DNA of 32,000 bases from an uncultured Actinomycetes bacterium (GCA_963849135.1 CAWKGF010000003.1:944939-976938); one strand, 5' to 3'. Counted from the first letter of the stretch, positions 8,768 to 18,408 are shown. Notes: generated by a model from the sequence alone, not told the origin. Numbers and translations are program-made.

Positions 8768-10612
8768 TCACGCGGGGGTCGAGACCTCGGCGCCGACGAC
8801 GATCTTGACCAGCGGGACCGGCTCATCGAGGCCCTTCAAGGCCACCGCGCCCATCGACTCGTGGGGCGGGACGGCGTCGAGGAGGGCGAGCATCGCCTCG
8901 GGGATCACGATCTCGCCCCGGCCGGCCTGGCCGCAGAGGCGGCTGGCCAGGTTCACCGTGTCCCCGACCACGTCGTACTGGCGGCGCCGCCCACCGCCGA
9001 CGTGGGCGGCGACGACCGGCCCGCTGTTCATCCCGATGCCGAACTGGATGGCCGGGATGCTCAGGTAGGCGAGCTGCTCGTGGAGGTGGGGGGCTCGGCG
9101 TTGGATCTCCATCGCGCAGTCCAGCGCGACCTGCGGGTAATGCTCGACCGGCAGCGGCGCCCCGAACACGGCGAACACCTCGTCGCCGACGAACTTCAGG
9201 ACCGTGCCTCCCGCGTCGAGGATGACGCGGGTGGTGAGCTCGTAGAACTCGTTCAGCATGGCCCGCACGTCGCTCGGTTCGAGGGTGGCTGAGAGCGACG
9301 TGAAGCCGCGGAGGTCGCAGAAGAAGAGGCTGACGTCCAGACGCTCTCCTTCGAGGGTGGCCTCGATGCGCCCCGACTCCTCGAGCTGCCGGGCCACCGC
9401 CTCGGGTACGTACTGGGCGAACAGGGCTGAGACCTGCCGGCGGTGCCGGGTCTCCGTCGCGTAGCGGACACCGAGCGCGGCGACGAACGCGACCACCATG
9501 GCGCCGATCGGGTAGAAGAGGTTCTGGATCTGCCCGTGGTCGAAGCTGACGATCGAGAACGCGATCCACCCCGCCACCAGCAGCACCGTGATGCCGCTCG
9601 ACGCCCACACCGGCAGGATGATCACCGCGAACGCGACGATGAGCACGAGCAGCGCGACCCACAGGTCGGTCTGCAGGTTCGAGACCGGAGTGAGGTACGA
9701 CGCGGTGAGCATCGTGTTCAGCGCGTTGGCGTGGACGAACACCCCCGGGATGCCGCTGCTCTTGTTGGTGGGGACCAGCGGGTGGTCGCCGAGCAGCGGG
9801 TCGACCGCGCCGACGAACACCGCCTTGCCCGCGAAGCGGCTCGCTGGGACCGTCCCGTTCAGCACGTCCACGAACGAGACGAGGCTGGCCTGGCCGGGCG
9901 TTCCTTGCAGACCGCTCGCCCAGTTGAGGCGCAGCAAGTGCCGGCCTTCGGTCGGGATGAAGTGGCCAGCCGCGTCGACCCCGTCGGGCCGGATCGTGAC
10001 CGCGCCGGTCTGATGGTGGAGGGCCTGGAACGCGGCGAGGGACAGGGACGGGATCAGGACCCCGTCGGGCTTCTCGACCACCAGCGGCAGCTCGCGGACG
10101 ACCCCGTCGGTCGGGTCGGGCAGCACCTCGGCGTGGGCGATCACGGTCGCGGCGTGCGGCGGGCCGAGGGAGGCGAGGGGGGCGGACACCTCGGTCAGCT
10201 CGTCGAGCCCCACGTCGGGGCCCGGGCTCAGCCGGCCGGTCTCGGCGAGGACCGCGTTCGGCAGGCTGGCGAGGCCAGCCGCGAACGCGGCGTCGTCGAG
10301 CGGCTCGGTCGAGTGGCCGTACACCACGTCCCAGACCACCACCGCCGCGCCGTCCCGGGCCAGCTGCTCGGCCAGGTCGGCTTGATAGCTGCGCGGCCAG
10401 TTCCCGTAGGCGCCGAGCTCGTTCTCGGACTTCTGGTCGATCCCGACGACGACCACCCGCGGGTCGGTCTTCGCGGACGGGAACAGCGCGTCCGAGGCTC
10501 GACGCTGGAACCCCCCGAACCCTCCCGCGGCGAGGGCAGCCGCGGCGAGGGCGGTGACGACGATGCTCACCACGACCGCGCTCACGACGCGGCGCACAAC
10601 TCGACGATGCAT
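8768..10612 (-). CDS. CHASE2 extracytoplasmic-sensor class III adenylate cyclase (membrane-bound)
   Basis: Start at the ATG of MHRRVVRRVVSAVVVSIVVTALAAAAL (TM1). This is followed by a periplasmic region of about 280 aa (VVVGIDQKS...GNWPRSYQADL), three TM helices, then the cyclase core FFCDLRGFTSLS, KFVGDEVFAVFGAP and QYDVVGDTVNLASRL. The Lys (KFVGD) and Asp (YDVVGD) pair indicates ATP specificity. Confidence 0.85.
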   Translation of the reverse strand: MHRRVVRRVVSAVVVSIVVTALAAAALAAGGFGGFQRRASDALFPSAKTDPRVVVVGIDQKSENELGAYGNWPRSYQADLAEQLARDGAAVVVWDVVYGHSTEPLDDAAFAAGLASLPNAVLAETGRLSPGPDVGLDELTEVSAPLASLGPPHAATVIAHAEVLPDPTDGVVRELPLVVEKPDGVLIPSLSLAAFQALHHQTGAVTIRPDGVDAAGHFIPTEGRHLLRLNWASGLQGTPGQASLVSFVDVLNGTVPASRFAGKAVFVGAVDPLLGDHPLVPTNKSSGIPGVFVHANALNTMLTASYLTPVSNLQTDLWVALLVLIVAFAVIILPVWASSGITVLLVAGWIAFSIVSFDHGQIQNLFYPIGAMVVAFVAALGVRYATETRHRRQVSALFAQYVPEAVARQLEESGRIEATLEGERLDVSLFFCDLRGFTSLSATLEPSDVRAMLNEFYELTTRVILDAGGTVLKFVGDEVFAVFGAPLPVEHYPQVALDCAMEIQRRAPHLHEQLAYLSIPAIQFGIGMNSGPVVAAHVGGGRRRQYDVVGDTVNLASRLCGQAGRGEIVIPEAMLALLDAVPPHESMGAVALKGLDEPVPLVKIVVGAEVSTPA

Positions 10613-10614
10613 CG

Positions 10615-10686
10615 TCAGCGGGCGCGCGGCCGACCGGGCTGATCGGCCGGTTCGAGCACCGGGCGCGTCTGGTCGGCGGCGTCCAT
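10615..10686 (-). CDS. Candidate 23-codon upstream ORF (MDAADQTRPVLEPADQPGRPRAR) coupled to the cyclase start, or a frameshifted N-terminal extension of the cyclase
   Basis: A strong SD, GGGGAGGAGCTCACG, sits directly 5' of the ATG at 10686. The stop TGA (10617-10615) lies 2 nt before the cyclase ATG (10612), which has no SD of its own. Confidence 0.3.
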   Translation of the reverse strand: MDAADQTRPVLEPADQPGRPRAR

Positions 10687-10870
10687 CGTGAGCTCCTCCC
10701 CGTGAGGGCCGCCAGCGTAGAGGGCCGAGCGCCGCCGCGTGACGCGTCGCGCGAGGCCGCTCGGCGCGCCGCTGCCCGGACAGCGTCGGGCCCGTGTGCG
10801 AGACTGCCCGCCTGGCGGGGGCCCGACATCCCGAACGAAGCTGCGCCCACACGAGCCGGGAGGACAGCCC

Positions 10871-11914
10871 GTGTGGCTCATCAGCCTGCGAGACCTGCAG
10901 TGGCGGCGGCGGCGGTTCGTGATCGCGGTCGTCGCGACCGGCCTGGTGTTTGGTATCACGCTGCTCCTGGCCGGGATCAACGCCAGCTTCAGCAAGGAGA
11001 TCGACCGCACCGTCGGCTCCTTCCACGCCAGCGCGTGGGTCGTCCCCGCGGCCGCCGCGGGTCCCTTCACGAGCAGCGACGCGTTCGACGCCACCGTCGC
11101 ACGCCAGGTCGCCCGCACCTCGGGGGTCCGGGAAGCCGACCCGATGGTCGTGACCCGGGTGACCGTGCCCGGCTCCGGCTCGACACCGACCGACCTCATC
11201 GTGTTCGGCACCGTCATCCACGGGATCGGCCCGCAGGCCACCACGGGGCGGAACCCGGTCCGGTCCGGGGAGATCGTGGTCGACACCAAGCTCGGGAAGG
11301 GCATCGGGGACGACGTGAGCCTGGCGGGTCGCCAGTTCCGGATCGTCGGCACCTACGACGGCAACACCGTGTTCGCCGGCCTCCCGACCGCGGTGGTGCC
11401 AATCCAGGACGCGCGGCGCATCTCCTTCGACGGGGAGCCACTCGCGACGTCCGTCGTGGTGCGCGGCTTCCCGCACGGCGCGCCAGCCGGCTTCAAGGTG
11501 GAGACCACGAACCAGGCCGCCAACGACCTTCGCCGGCCGGTGAAGTCGGCGAACGGCACGATCGGATTCCTGAACATCTTGCTGTGGTTCATCGCGGCCG
11601 GGATCATCGGCTCGATCGTCTACCTGACCGTCATCGAGCGGACGCGGGACTTCGCGGTGCTGAAGGCGACCGGCTTCGGGAGCCTGGCCCTGTTCCTGAG
11701 CCTCGCCATCGAGGCGGTCGTGATCGCAGTCGCGGCGGCGGTGGTCGCGATCGTGTTCGCGTTCGCGCTCCACGGGCAGCTCGCGCTGCGGGTCGAGATC
11801 TCAACCGGCGTGTACCTCGCCTTGATTGGCATCGCCGTGCTGGTGGGCATCCTCGCCAGCCTGGTCGGCCTCCGGCGGGCGGTCGGCGTCGACCCCACGC
11901 TGGCGTTCGGATGA
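10871..11914 (+). CDS. ABC transporter permease, FtsX/MacB-type
   Basis: GTG start preceded by GGGAGGA at a 6-nt spacing. The product starts VWLISLRDLQWRRRRFVIAVVATGLVFGITLLLAG (TM1), followed by an extracytoplasmic domain of about 230 aa and a C-terminal three-TM FtsX module (ILLWFIAAGIIGSIVY...). Confidence 0.85.
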   Translation: MWLISLRDLQWRRRRFVIAVVATGLVFGITLLLAGINASFSKEIDRTVGSFHASAWVVPAAAAGPFTSSDAFDATVARQVARTSGVREADPMVVTRVTVPGSGSTPTDLIVFGTVIHGIGPQATTGRNPVRSGEIVVDTKLGKGIGDDVSLAGRQFRIVGTYDGNTVFAGLPTAVVPIQDARRISFDGEPLATSVVVRGFPHGAPAGFKVETTNQAANDLRRPVKSANGTIGFLNILLWFIAAGIIGSIVYLTVIERTRDFAVLKATGFGSLALFLSLAIEAVVIAVAAAVVAIVFAFALHGQLALRVEISTGVYLALIGIAVLVGILASLVGLRRAVGVDPTLAFG

Positions 11915-12975
11915 CCGAGCCGCCCGAGGCCGCGTCCGCCCCCGCGTCGAGCGGCGGGACAGGGGTGCAGGACAGCGCCGCGAGGCTGGTCGTCGAGGAC
12001 CTGACGATCGAGTACTCGAGCAGCGGGTACACGGTCCGGCCCATCGACCACTTCAGCCTCGAGGCCCACGGCGGCGAGCTGGTGCTGCTGCTCGGCGCCA
12101 GCGGCTGCGGCAAGACGACGCTGCTGTCGGTGCTAGCCGGCATCCTCTCCCCCACCTCGGGGTCGGTGATGGTCGGGACCACGCAGGTGGTCGGCCTGAC
12201 CGGGCGGGCGCTCACTGAGTACCGCCGTCACCAGGTCGGGATCGTCTTCCAGGCCTTCAACCTGCTCCCGAGCCTCACCGCGAACGAGAACGTCCAGGTC
12301 CCCCTCCGTGGCGACCGCGTCTCGGGCCGAGCAGCCAAGGCCCGCGCCACGCAGCTCCTCGAGGAGGTGGGGCTCTCCGACCGGATGGAGCACCGACCCG
12401 GCGACCTGTCCGGCGGGCAGCAGCAGCGGGTCGCGATCGCGCGCGCGCTGGCCCACGACCCGCCGGTCGTGCTCGCCGACGAGCCCACCGCACACCTCGA
12501 CTACCTCCAGGTCGACGGGGTGATCCGGCTGCTTCGCAGCCTCGCCGACTCCGGGCGGCTCATCGTCATCGCGACCCACGACGACCGGCTGGTGCCCCTC
12601 GCCGACCAGCTCGTCAACCTCACCCCCCGCCGCGACACCGAGTCCCGGCCGCCCGAGACCACACAGCTCCGGGAGGGCGAGTACCTGTTCCGCCAGGGCG
12701 AGCCGGGCGAGCTCGTCTACATCGTCAACGAGGGCGCGATCGACATCGTCCGGAACCGGCAGGACGGCAGCGAGGAGCTGCTCACCACGGTCCGGCCCCC
12801 TGGCTACTTCGGGGAGCTCGCCCCCATGTTCGGCCTGCAACGCGCCGCATCGGCCCGGGCTTCGATAACGACCACCGTCACCGGGTACACGGTGCGCGAC
12901 TTCCGAGCCCAGCACAGCGGGAGCGTCGGCCAGCTCCTCTCGGGCGCCATCGACGCGGTCGAGGGCAACGCCTAA
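11911..12975 (+). CDS. ABC transporter ATP-binding protein fused to a C-terminal cyclic-nucleotide-binding (cNMP) domain
   Basis: ATGA overlap with the permease stop. Walker A GASGCGKTT, signature LSGGQQQRVAIARAL, Walker B VVLADEPT and H-loop ATHD are present. From about 12655 the sequence continues LREGEYLFRQGEPGELVYIVNEGAIDIV...YFGELAPMFGLQRAASARA, a phosphate-binding-cassette-like FGE...RxAS motif. Confidence 0.85.
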   Translation: MTEPPEAASAPASSGGTGVQDSAARLVVEDLTIEYSSSGYTVRPIDHFSLEAHGGELVLLLGASGCGKTTLLSVLAGILSPTSGSVMVGTTQVVGLTGRALTEYRRHQVGIVFQAFNLLPSLTANENVQVPLRGDRVSGRAAKARATQLLEEVGLSDRMEHRPGDLSGGQQQRVAIARALAHDPPVVLADEPTAHLDYLQVDGVIRLLRSLADSGRLIVIATHDDRLVPLADQLVNLTPRRDTESRPPETTQLREGEYLFRQGEPGELVYIVNEGAIDIVRNRQDGSEELLTTVRPPGYFGELAPMFGLQRAASARASITTTVTGYTVRDFRAQHSGSVGQLLSGAIDAVEGNA

Positions 12976-12995
12976 CGCCAGCCTCCCGGGGGCGG

Positions 12996-14177
12996 TCAGG
13001 CCGGTGCCGGGACCCGGTCGGGCTCCTCGACCTGGTAGAGGCGAGCCGCGTTGCCCCACAGGATCTGCTCGCGGACCTCGGCCGGCTGGCCGGCCAGGCC
13101 GGCGTCGATCCGCTCCCGCACGTCCCCGAACAGGCAGATCGGGTGCGGGTAGTCGGTCTCGAACAGCAGCCGACCCGGGCCGACCGCCTCGATGACGGTC
13201 GGCACCGTGCGATCCTCGAAGAACCAGCAGCTGTACACCTGACGCTGGAAGTACTCGCTCGGCTTCATGTCGAAGTACGGACGCTCGAGCCACACCTTGC
13301 CGTCCTCGAACGCGTAGTCGGAGGCGTCGAGGATGAACGGGATGAACCCGATGCCGCTCTCCACCGAGACGAACTCGAGGGTCGGGAACCGGGCCAGGAC
13401 CCCCGACATGAGCAGATCCGCGATCTGGATGCCGTTCTCGAGGAAGAGCTGCACCGACGTTGCGACGCGGGTGGGACCGACCCCGTGGGCCTTGATCCGA
13501 CCGGCCGAGAAGCCACTCTCGAAGTCGCCGCTGCCGATGTGGAACGAGATCGGCAGCCCCAGCTCCTGCACCGTCGCCCAGAACGGGTCCCAGTGGTGAT
13601 CACCGAGGTACGGGAGGCCGTACAGCTGCGGCTCCCCGGTGAACAGGACGCCCCGGTGCCCGAGCTCGGCGCAGCGGCGCACCTCGTCGACCGCCGCGTC
13701 GACGTCCCAGAACGGGGTGGCCGAGATCGCCAGCAGCCGGCGGGCGTCGGTGGCGCACCACTCGATGAGGAAGTCGTTGTAGGCGCGCACGCAGGCGAGC
13801 ATCAGCTCCGGGTCGCCGAGGGCGAGGAACTGCTGGTTGCCGAACCCAGCCACGTTCGGGTACAGGGCCTGCGCCCACACGCCGATCGAGTCGAGGTACT
13901 CGAGGCGGGCGGTGGCGTCCCACGCCGCCCGGGGCACCTCCTCCATGTTGCGGGGACCGGACGGGAACGGCTCCGGCCAGCCCGCCACCGCGGTGAACCC
14001 GACCGGGACCATCGGCCGGCTGTCCGCGACGTGCCACACGTCCCGACCGGTCTCGTCCCGCTGCATGTGGGGGCCCCGGTCGCGGAGACGCGCCGGGAGG
14101 CGAGCCGTCCACACGTCGGCCGGCTCGGTGATGTGGGCGTCGACGTCGATCACCCAGTCCTGGCTCGCCATCTCCAT
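12996..14177 (-). CDS. Amidohydrolase-2 (PF04909-like) family protein
   Basis: 393-aa ORF. WVIDVDAHITEPADVW, HRGVLFTG, SFHIGSG and FETDYPHP motifs are present. It is a paralog of 3684..4856. Confidence 0.9.
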   Translation of the reverse strand: MEMASQDWVIDVDAHITEPADVWTARLPARLRDRGPHMQRDETGRDVWHVADSRPMVPVGFTAVAGWPEPFPSGPRNMEEVPRAAWDATARLEYLDSIGVWAQALYPNVAGFGNQQFLALGDPELMLACVRAYNDFLIEWCATDARRLLAISATPFWDVDAAVDEVRRCAELGHRGVLFTGEPQLYGLPYLGDHHWDPFWATVQELGLPISFHIGSGDFESGFSAGRIKAHGVGPTRVATSVQLFLENGIQIADLLMSGVLARFPTLEFVSVESGIGFIPFILDASDYAFEDGKVWLERPYFDMKPSEYFQRQVYSCWFFEDRTVPTVIEAVGPGRLLFETDYPHPICLFGDVRERIDAGLAGQPAEVREQILWGNAARLYQVEEPDRVPAPA

Positions 14178-14281
14178 CTCCCGTCAGTCCGGCCGCATGG
14201 GCCCGGCGACCTGCGCCGACGGTACCCGGCCGTGCGGGCGCTCGACTAGAACAAGGGCCGGTCCCAGCACGAAGGGGAAGC

Positions 14282-15208
14282 ATGGCCGGCACACCCGAGG
14301 TCCACGACGTCGCCGAGGGCCTGCAGTTCCCCGAGGGTCCCGTCGCGCGGGGCGACGGGTCGGCGCTCCTGGTCGAGATCCGGCGGGGCACGCTGAGCCA
14401 CGTCGACCCGGCCGGGAAGGTCAGCGTGGTGGCTGACCTCGGCGGCGGTCCCAACGGCGCCGCGATCGGTCCCGACGGCGCCTGCTACGTGGTGAACAAC
14501 GGCGGGTTCGCCTGGAGCCAGGTCGGCGACCTCACCATCCCGCTCGACCTCGCGACGGGCAGCAACGAGCCGCCCGGCTTCGAGGGCGGCTGGGTCGAGC
14601 GAGTGGACGTCGCGACCGGCGAGCACCAGGTCCTCTACCAGGACTGCGACGGGCAGCGGTTCCGCAGCCCGAACGACATCGTGTTCGACGCCGCGGGCGG
14701 CTTCTGGTTCACCGACCTGGGCAAGACCCGGCCCCGCGACCTCGACAAGGGCGGCCTTTACTACGCGACGGCGGACGGGTCGGCCGTGACCTGCGTCGCG
14801 TACGGCCTCTACGGCGCCAACGGGGTCGGCCTCGCCCCGGGCGGCGACCGCGTCTACGTCGCCGAGAGCTTCACGGGGCGGCTCTGGGCCTGGGACCTCG
14901 AGGCGCCCGGCGTCGTGCGGGGCGGCGGGGGGCCGGGCAGCGGTCGTTGCGTCCTCGCCACCACTGGCCACTTCGACTCGCTGGCCGTCGAGGAGGACGG
15001 CACGGTGGTCGTCGCCGCGATCACCGACGGGCTGTGCGTCGTGCGCCCGGACGGGAGCTACGAGTACGTCGAGATGCCGGACCGGTTCACCACCAACGTC
15101 TGCTTCGCCGGCCCGGACCGGCGCACCGCGCTCGTCACCCTCTCCGGCTCGGGGCGGCTCGTCGCCCTCGAGTGGCCACGTCCCGGGCTGGCGCTCGAGT
15201 ACGCATGA
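14282..15208 (+). CDS. SMP-30/gluconolactonase/LRE family protein
   Basis: 308-aa ORF. EGLQFPEGPV, GGPNGAAIGPDG, RSPNDIVFDAAGGFWFTD and ANGVGLAPGG are beta-propeller repeat signatures. The RBS GAAGGGGAAGC lies upstream of the ATG. Confidence 0.85.
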   Translation: MAGTPEVHDVAEGLQFPEGPVARGDGSALLVEIRRGTLSHVDPAGKVSVVADLGGGPNGAAIGPDGACYVVNNGGFAWSQVGDLTIPLDLATGSNEPPGFEGGWVERVDVATGEHQVLYQDCDGQRFRSPNDIVFDAAGGFWFTDLGKTRPRDLDKGGLYYATADGSAVTCVAYGLYGANGVGLAPGGDRVYVAESFTGRLWAWDLEAPGVVRGGGGPGSGRCVLATTGHFDSLAVEEDGTVVVAAITDGLCVVRPDGSYEYVEMPDRFTTNVCFAGPDRRTALVTLSGSGRLVALEWPRPGLALEYA

Positions 15209-16855
15209 GCTCGATCGCGGATCTGGTTCGCGCCCGCGCCGACGACGGAGACCGGGTCGCGCTGCACTTCGAAGACGAGGCGTGGACGTGGGCTGGCTAC
15301 CTGCAGGCCTGCGCGGCCCGGGCCGCGTACCTCACCGCCACGCTGCGACGGGAAGCTCCCGCCCCACACCGGCCTGCTGCTCGACAACGTGCCCGAGTTC
15401 CCGATGTGGCTGGGCGCCGCCGCGCTCACCGGCGACGTGATCGTGGGCATCAACCCGACCCGTCGCGGCGCCGAGCTCGAGCGCGACATTCGGCACGCCG
15501 ACTGTCAGCTGATCGTCACCGAGCGCCGATACCTCGACCTCCTCGACGGCCTGGACCTCGGGCCGGCCGACGGTCGGGTCCTGGTCGCGGAGGACGCCGA
15601 CGCCGAGCTGGTCGCCTGCCGAGACGCGCCACTCCCCGACGACCCCGTCGACGAGCACGGGATCTACCTCTTGCTGTTCACGTCCGGCACCAGCGGCGCC
15701 CCGAAGGCGTGCATCTTGTCGCAGGGTCGTCTCGCCCGGATGGCGAGCGTGCTGAGCGAGCGGCTGCAGCTCGGCCCCGACGACGTCCTCTACTGCTCGA
15801 TGCCGCTGTTCCACTCGAACGCCATCATCACCAGCTACGCCCCGTGGCTGGTGTCGGGCGGGGCGTGCGTGCTGCGCCGCAAGTTCTCCGCGTCGGGGTT
15901 CCTCCCCGACGTCCGCAAGTACGGGGTCACCTACGTCAACTACGTCGGGAAGCCTCTCTCCTACGTGCTGGCGACCCCCGAGCAGCCCGACGACGCCGAC
16001 AACACGATGACCCGGGTGTTCGGCAACGAGGGCGCTGACCTCGACATCGAGCGGTTCGCCCGCCGCTTCGCGGTGCCGGTCATCGACGGGTACGGGTCCA
16101 CCGAGGGCGGCGCGAACATCAACCGCACCCCCGACATGCCGAAGGGGTCGCTCGGGATCGGCCCCGAGGGGACGGCGATCCTGAACTCCGACACCGGCGA
16201 GGAGTGCCCGCGGGCCCGGTTCGACGCGGACGGTCACCTCCTGAACCCCGACGAGGCGATCGGCGAGATCGTGAACAAGAACGGTGCCGCGGGCTTCGAG
16301 GGCTACTACCGAAACGACGAGGCCAACGCGCAGCGGGTCCGCGACGGCTACTACTGGACCGGCGACCTCGGGTACCGGGACGAGCACGGCTACTTCTACT
16401 TCGCGGGTCGAGACTTCGAGTGGCTGCGGGTCGACGGGGAGAACTTCGCCGCCGCGCCAGTCGAGCGGATCCTGGCCCGCCATCCCGACGTGGTCCTGGC
16501 CGCGGTCTACGCGGTGCCCGACGAGGACGTCGGCGACCAGGTGATGGCGGCGCTGCAGCTGCGCCCTGGGGTCACCTTCGAGCCGGGCCGCTTCGACGCC
16601 TTCCTCGCCGAGCAGGCCGACCTGGGCACGAAGTGGACGCCCCGCTACGTGCGGGTCACCGACCAGCTGCCCGTCACCGAGACTCAGAAGGTCCTGAAGC
16701 GGGTCCTGCGCCGGGAGGGCTGGAGCGTCGACGATCCCGTCTACTGGCGTCCGCATCGGGGCGAGCCGCTCGCCGCGATGAGCGAGCCCGACCGGGTGGA
16801 GCTGCGGGACCGCTTCGCGGCCCGGGATCGGCTCGACCAGCTCGAACGAGTCTGA
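15205..16855 (+). pseudogene. AMP-dependent acyl-CoA synthetase (FadD17-like), one frameshift near 15353
   Basis: The N-terminus MSSIADLVRARADDGDRVALHFEDEAWTWAGYLQACAARAAYLTATLRRE starts at an ATG overlapping the upstream stop (ATGA at 15205-15208). It continues as LPPHTGLLLDNVPEFPMWLG...LLFTSGTSGAPKA...YYWTGDLGYRD in ORF 15389..16855. Removing one A from GAAGCT restores the frame. Confidence 0.85.
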
Positions 16856-16887
16856 GCGGCCGGCCCGTCGGTGCGGAGCGCCCTGTC

Positions 16888-17868
16888 GTGACCGATCGAG
16901 CCGCCCCCCTGCTCGACGGGCGCGTCGCGGTCGTCACCGGGGCCGGGCGCGGCATCGGCCGAGCGGAGGCGCTCACCCTCGCCGGCTACGGCGCCCGGGT
17001 GGTCGTGAACGATCGCGGCGTCGCGACCGACGGCAGCGAGACCGCCGAGTCGCCGGCCGAGGCGGTGGTCGCCGAGATCGCGGCCGGGGGCGGGGAGGCG
17101 GTCGCCGACCGGCACGACATCGGGACCAGCGCCGGCGGCGCGGCGGTCGTCGAGCGGGCCGTCGACACCTGGGGCCGGGTCGACGTGGTGGTGAACAACG
17201 CGGGGTTCGGGCGCCCCCGGATGGTCTTCAACCTGAGCGACGACGACTGGGACGACGTGCTCCGCGTCCACCTACGGGGCACCTTCTCGGTGAGTGCTCC
17301 CGCTTGCCGCTGGTGGCGCGCGGAGCACAAGGCCGGGCGAGGCGGGTACGGGCGGCTCGTGAACACCGCAACCGGCCTGCTCCTGTACGGCGGCGCGGGG
17401 CAGTCCAACTACGTGGCAGCCAAGGCCGGGGTCGTTGCGTTCACCGAGGCGGTCGCGACCGAGATGGCCCCCTACGGGGTGACCGCCAACAGCATCATGC
17501 CGTCGGCCCGCACCCGGCTGGCCGCGATCGGCTGGCGCATCGACCGCAACGCCGACCACGCCGAGGACGCCTTCGACCCCACCGACCCCGGGCACGTCGC
17601 CGAGATGGTCGCGTACCTGGCGTCGCCCGCCGCGGGGTGGATCAACGGCCAGTGCTTCCAGGTGCGCGGCGGGACGGTCGAGCACGTCCGGGCCTGGGAG
17701 GTCCGAGACCAGCTCGAGCGCCCCGACCGGGCGTGGACGGCGACGGACCTGGTGGCAGAGGTCCCGCGGCTCTTCGGTGCGGGCGCGAAGCGCTCCGATC
17801 CGCCGCCCGCCGACTGGCAGGCCCGCTACCGCGCCCGCGGCGCGTCCGCGACCGCACCCGGCGACTGA
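16888..17868 (+). CDS. SDR family oxidoreductase, MFE-2/Hsd4A-N-terminal-like, with a C-terminal extension
   Basis: GTG start (VTDRAAPLLDGRVAVVTGAGRGIGR). Motifs VVVNDRG, NNAG and YVAAKAGV are present. It is a paralog of 1950..2870. Confidence 0.8.
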   Translation: MTDRAAPLLDGRVAVVTGAGRGIGRAEALTLAGYGARVVVNDRGVATDGSETAESPAEAVVAEIAAGGGEAVADRHDIGTSAGGAAVVERAVDTWGRVDVVVNNAGFGRPRMVFNLSDDDWDDVLRVHLRGTFSVSAPACRWWRAEHKAGRGGYGRLVNTATGLLLYGGAGQSNYVAAKAGVVAFTEAVATEMAPYGVTANSIMPSARTRLAAIGWRIDRNADHAEDAFDPTDPGHVAEMVAYLASPAAGWINGQCFQVRGGTVEHVRAWEVRDQLERPDRAWTATDLVAEVPRLFGAGAKRSDPPPADWQARYRARGASATAPGD

Positions 17869-17877
17869 CGCCGGCGG

Positions 17878-18387
17878 CTACGGGGTCGGCGCCGGGTCGT
17901 CGTCGGTCGCGACCAGCAGCACGACCGCGGCGGCGAGGCCCACGTCGAGCAGCGAGCGCAGCGGGTGGAACCGCAGCAGCCCGGCGACGGCGAGCAGCAC
18001 CTCGGTGACGTACACCGCGACCGCGACCCAGCCCCGCCGGCGCGTCACCTGCACCGCGAGGACGATCAGCCACGCCGCGAGGAGAAGCAGCGCGAGACCC
18101 CAGAGGAACGGGTGCTGGGCAAGCTGCGAGTGGAAGTAGCGGTTGGCGAACCGGTGCCGGCGGGCGCCGGACAAGAACCAGAGCAGCAGCCCGGTGAGGG
18201 CCAGCAGCCCGCCCTGCACGCCGAGGATCACCGCCGCCGCAGTCGCCCGGCCCGACCGTCGGGTCGGCGCGGCGCCGGCCGGCTGGTCGGGCAGCGGGGG
18301 CGGGGGCGGCAACGTGCTCACGGGCAGGCAGGCTGCTCGGCTCGTGGGCAGACTGTCAATCGCGCCGCCCGACGTGTCCCCGCCCAC
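17878..18387 (-). CDS. Hypothetical small integral membrane protein (start uncertain; an alternative GTG is at 18321)
   Basis: About four hydrophobic helices (AAAVILGVQGGLLALTGLLLWFL, FLWGLALLLLAAWLIVLAV, WVAVAVYVTEVLLAVAGLL, LLDVGLAAAVVLLVA). GC3 is high on this strand, and competing frames give Arg/Pro-rich translations with no motifs. I recognise no family. Confidence 0.45.
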   Translation of the reverse strand: MGGDTSGGAIDSLPTSRAACLPVSTLPPPPPLPDQPAGAAPTRRSGRATAAAVILGVQGGLLALTGLLLWFLSGARRHRFANRYFHSQLAQHPFLWGLALLLLAAWLIVLAVQVTRRRGWVAVAVYVTEVLLAVAGLLRFHPLRSLLDVGLAAAVVLLVATDDDPAPTP

Positions 18388-18408
18388 CCGCAGCAGGCCT
18401 CACCTACA

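Noticed and set aside
10687-10706. A search for a CRP/cAMP-receptor operator in the cyclase/ABC divergent region found two CGTGAG direct repeats (10687-10692 and 10701-10706).
   Set aside because: They are direct repeats, not the inverted TGTGA-N6-TCACA-type arrangement. One copy overlaps the complement of the SD of the candidate uORF. No convincing CRP-like palindrome is present.
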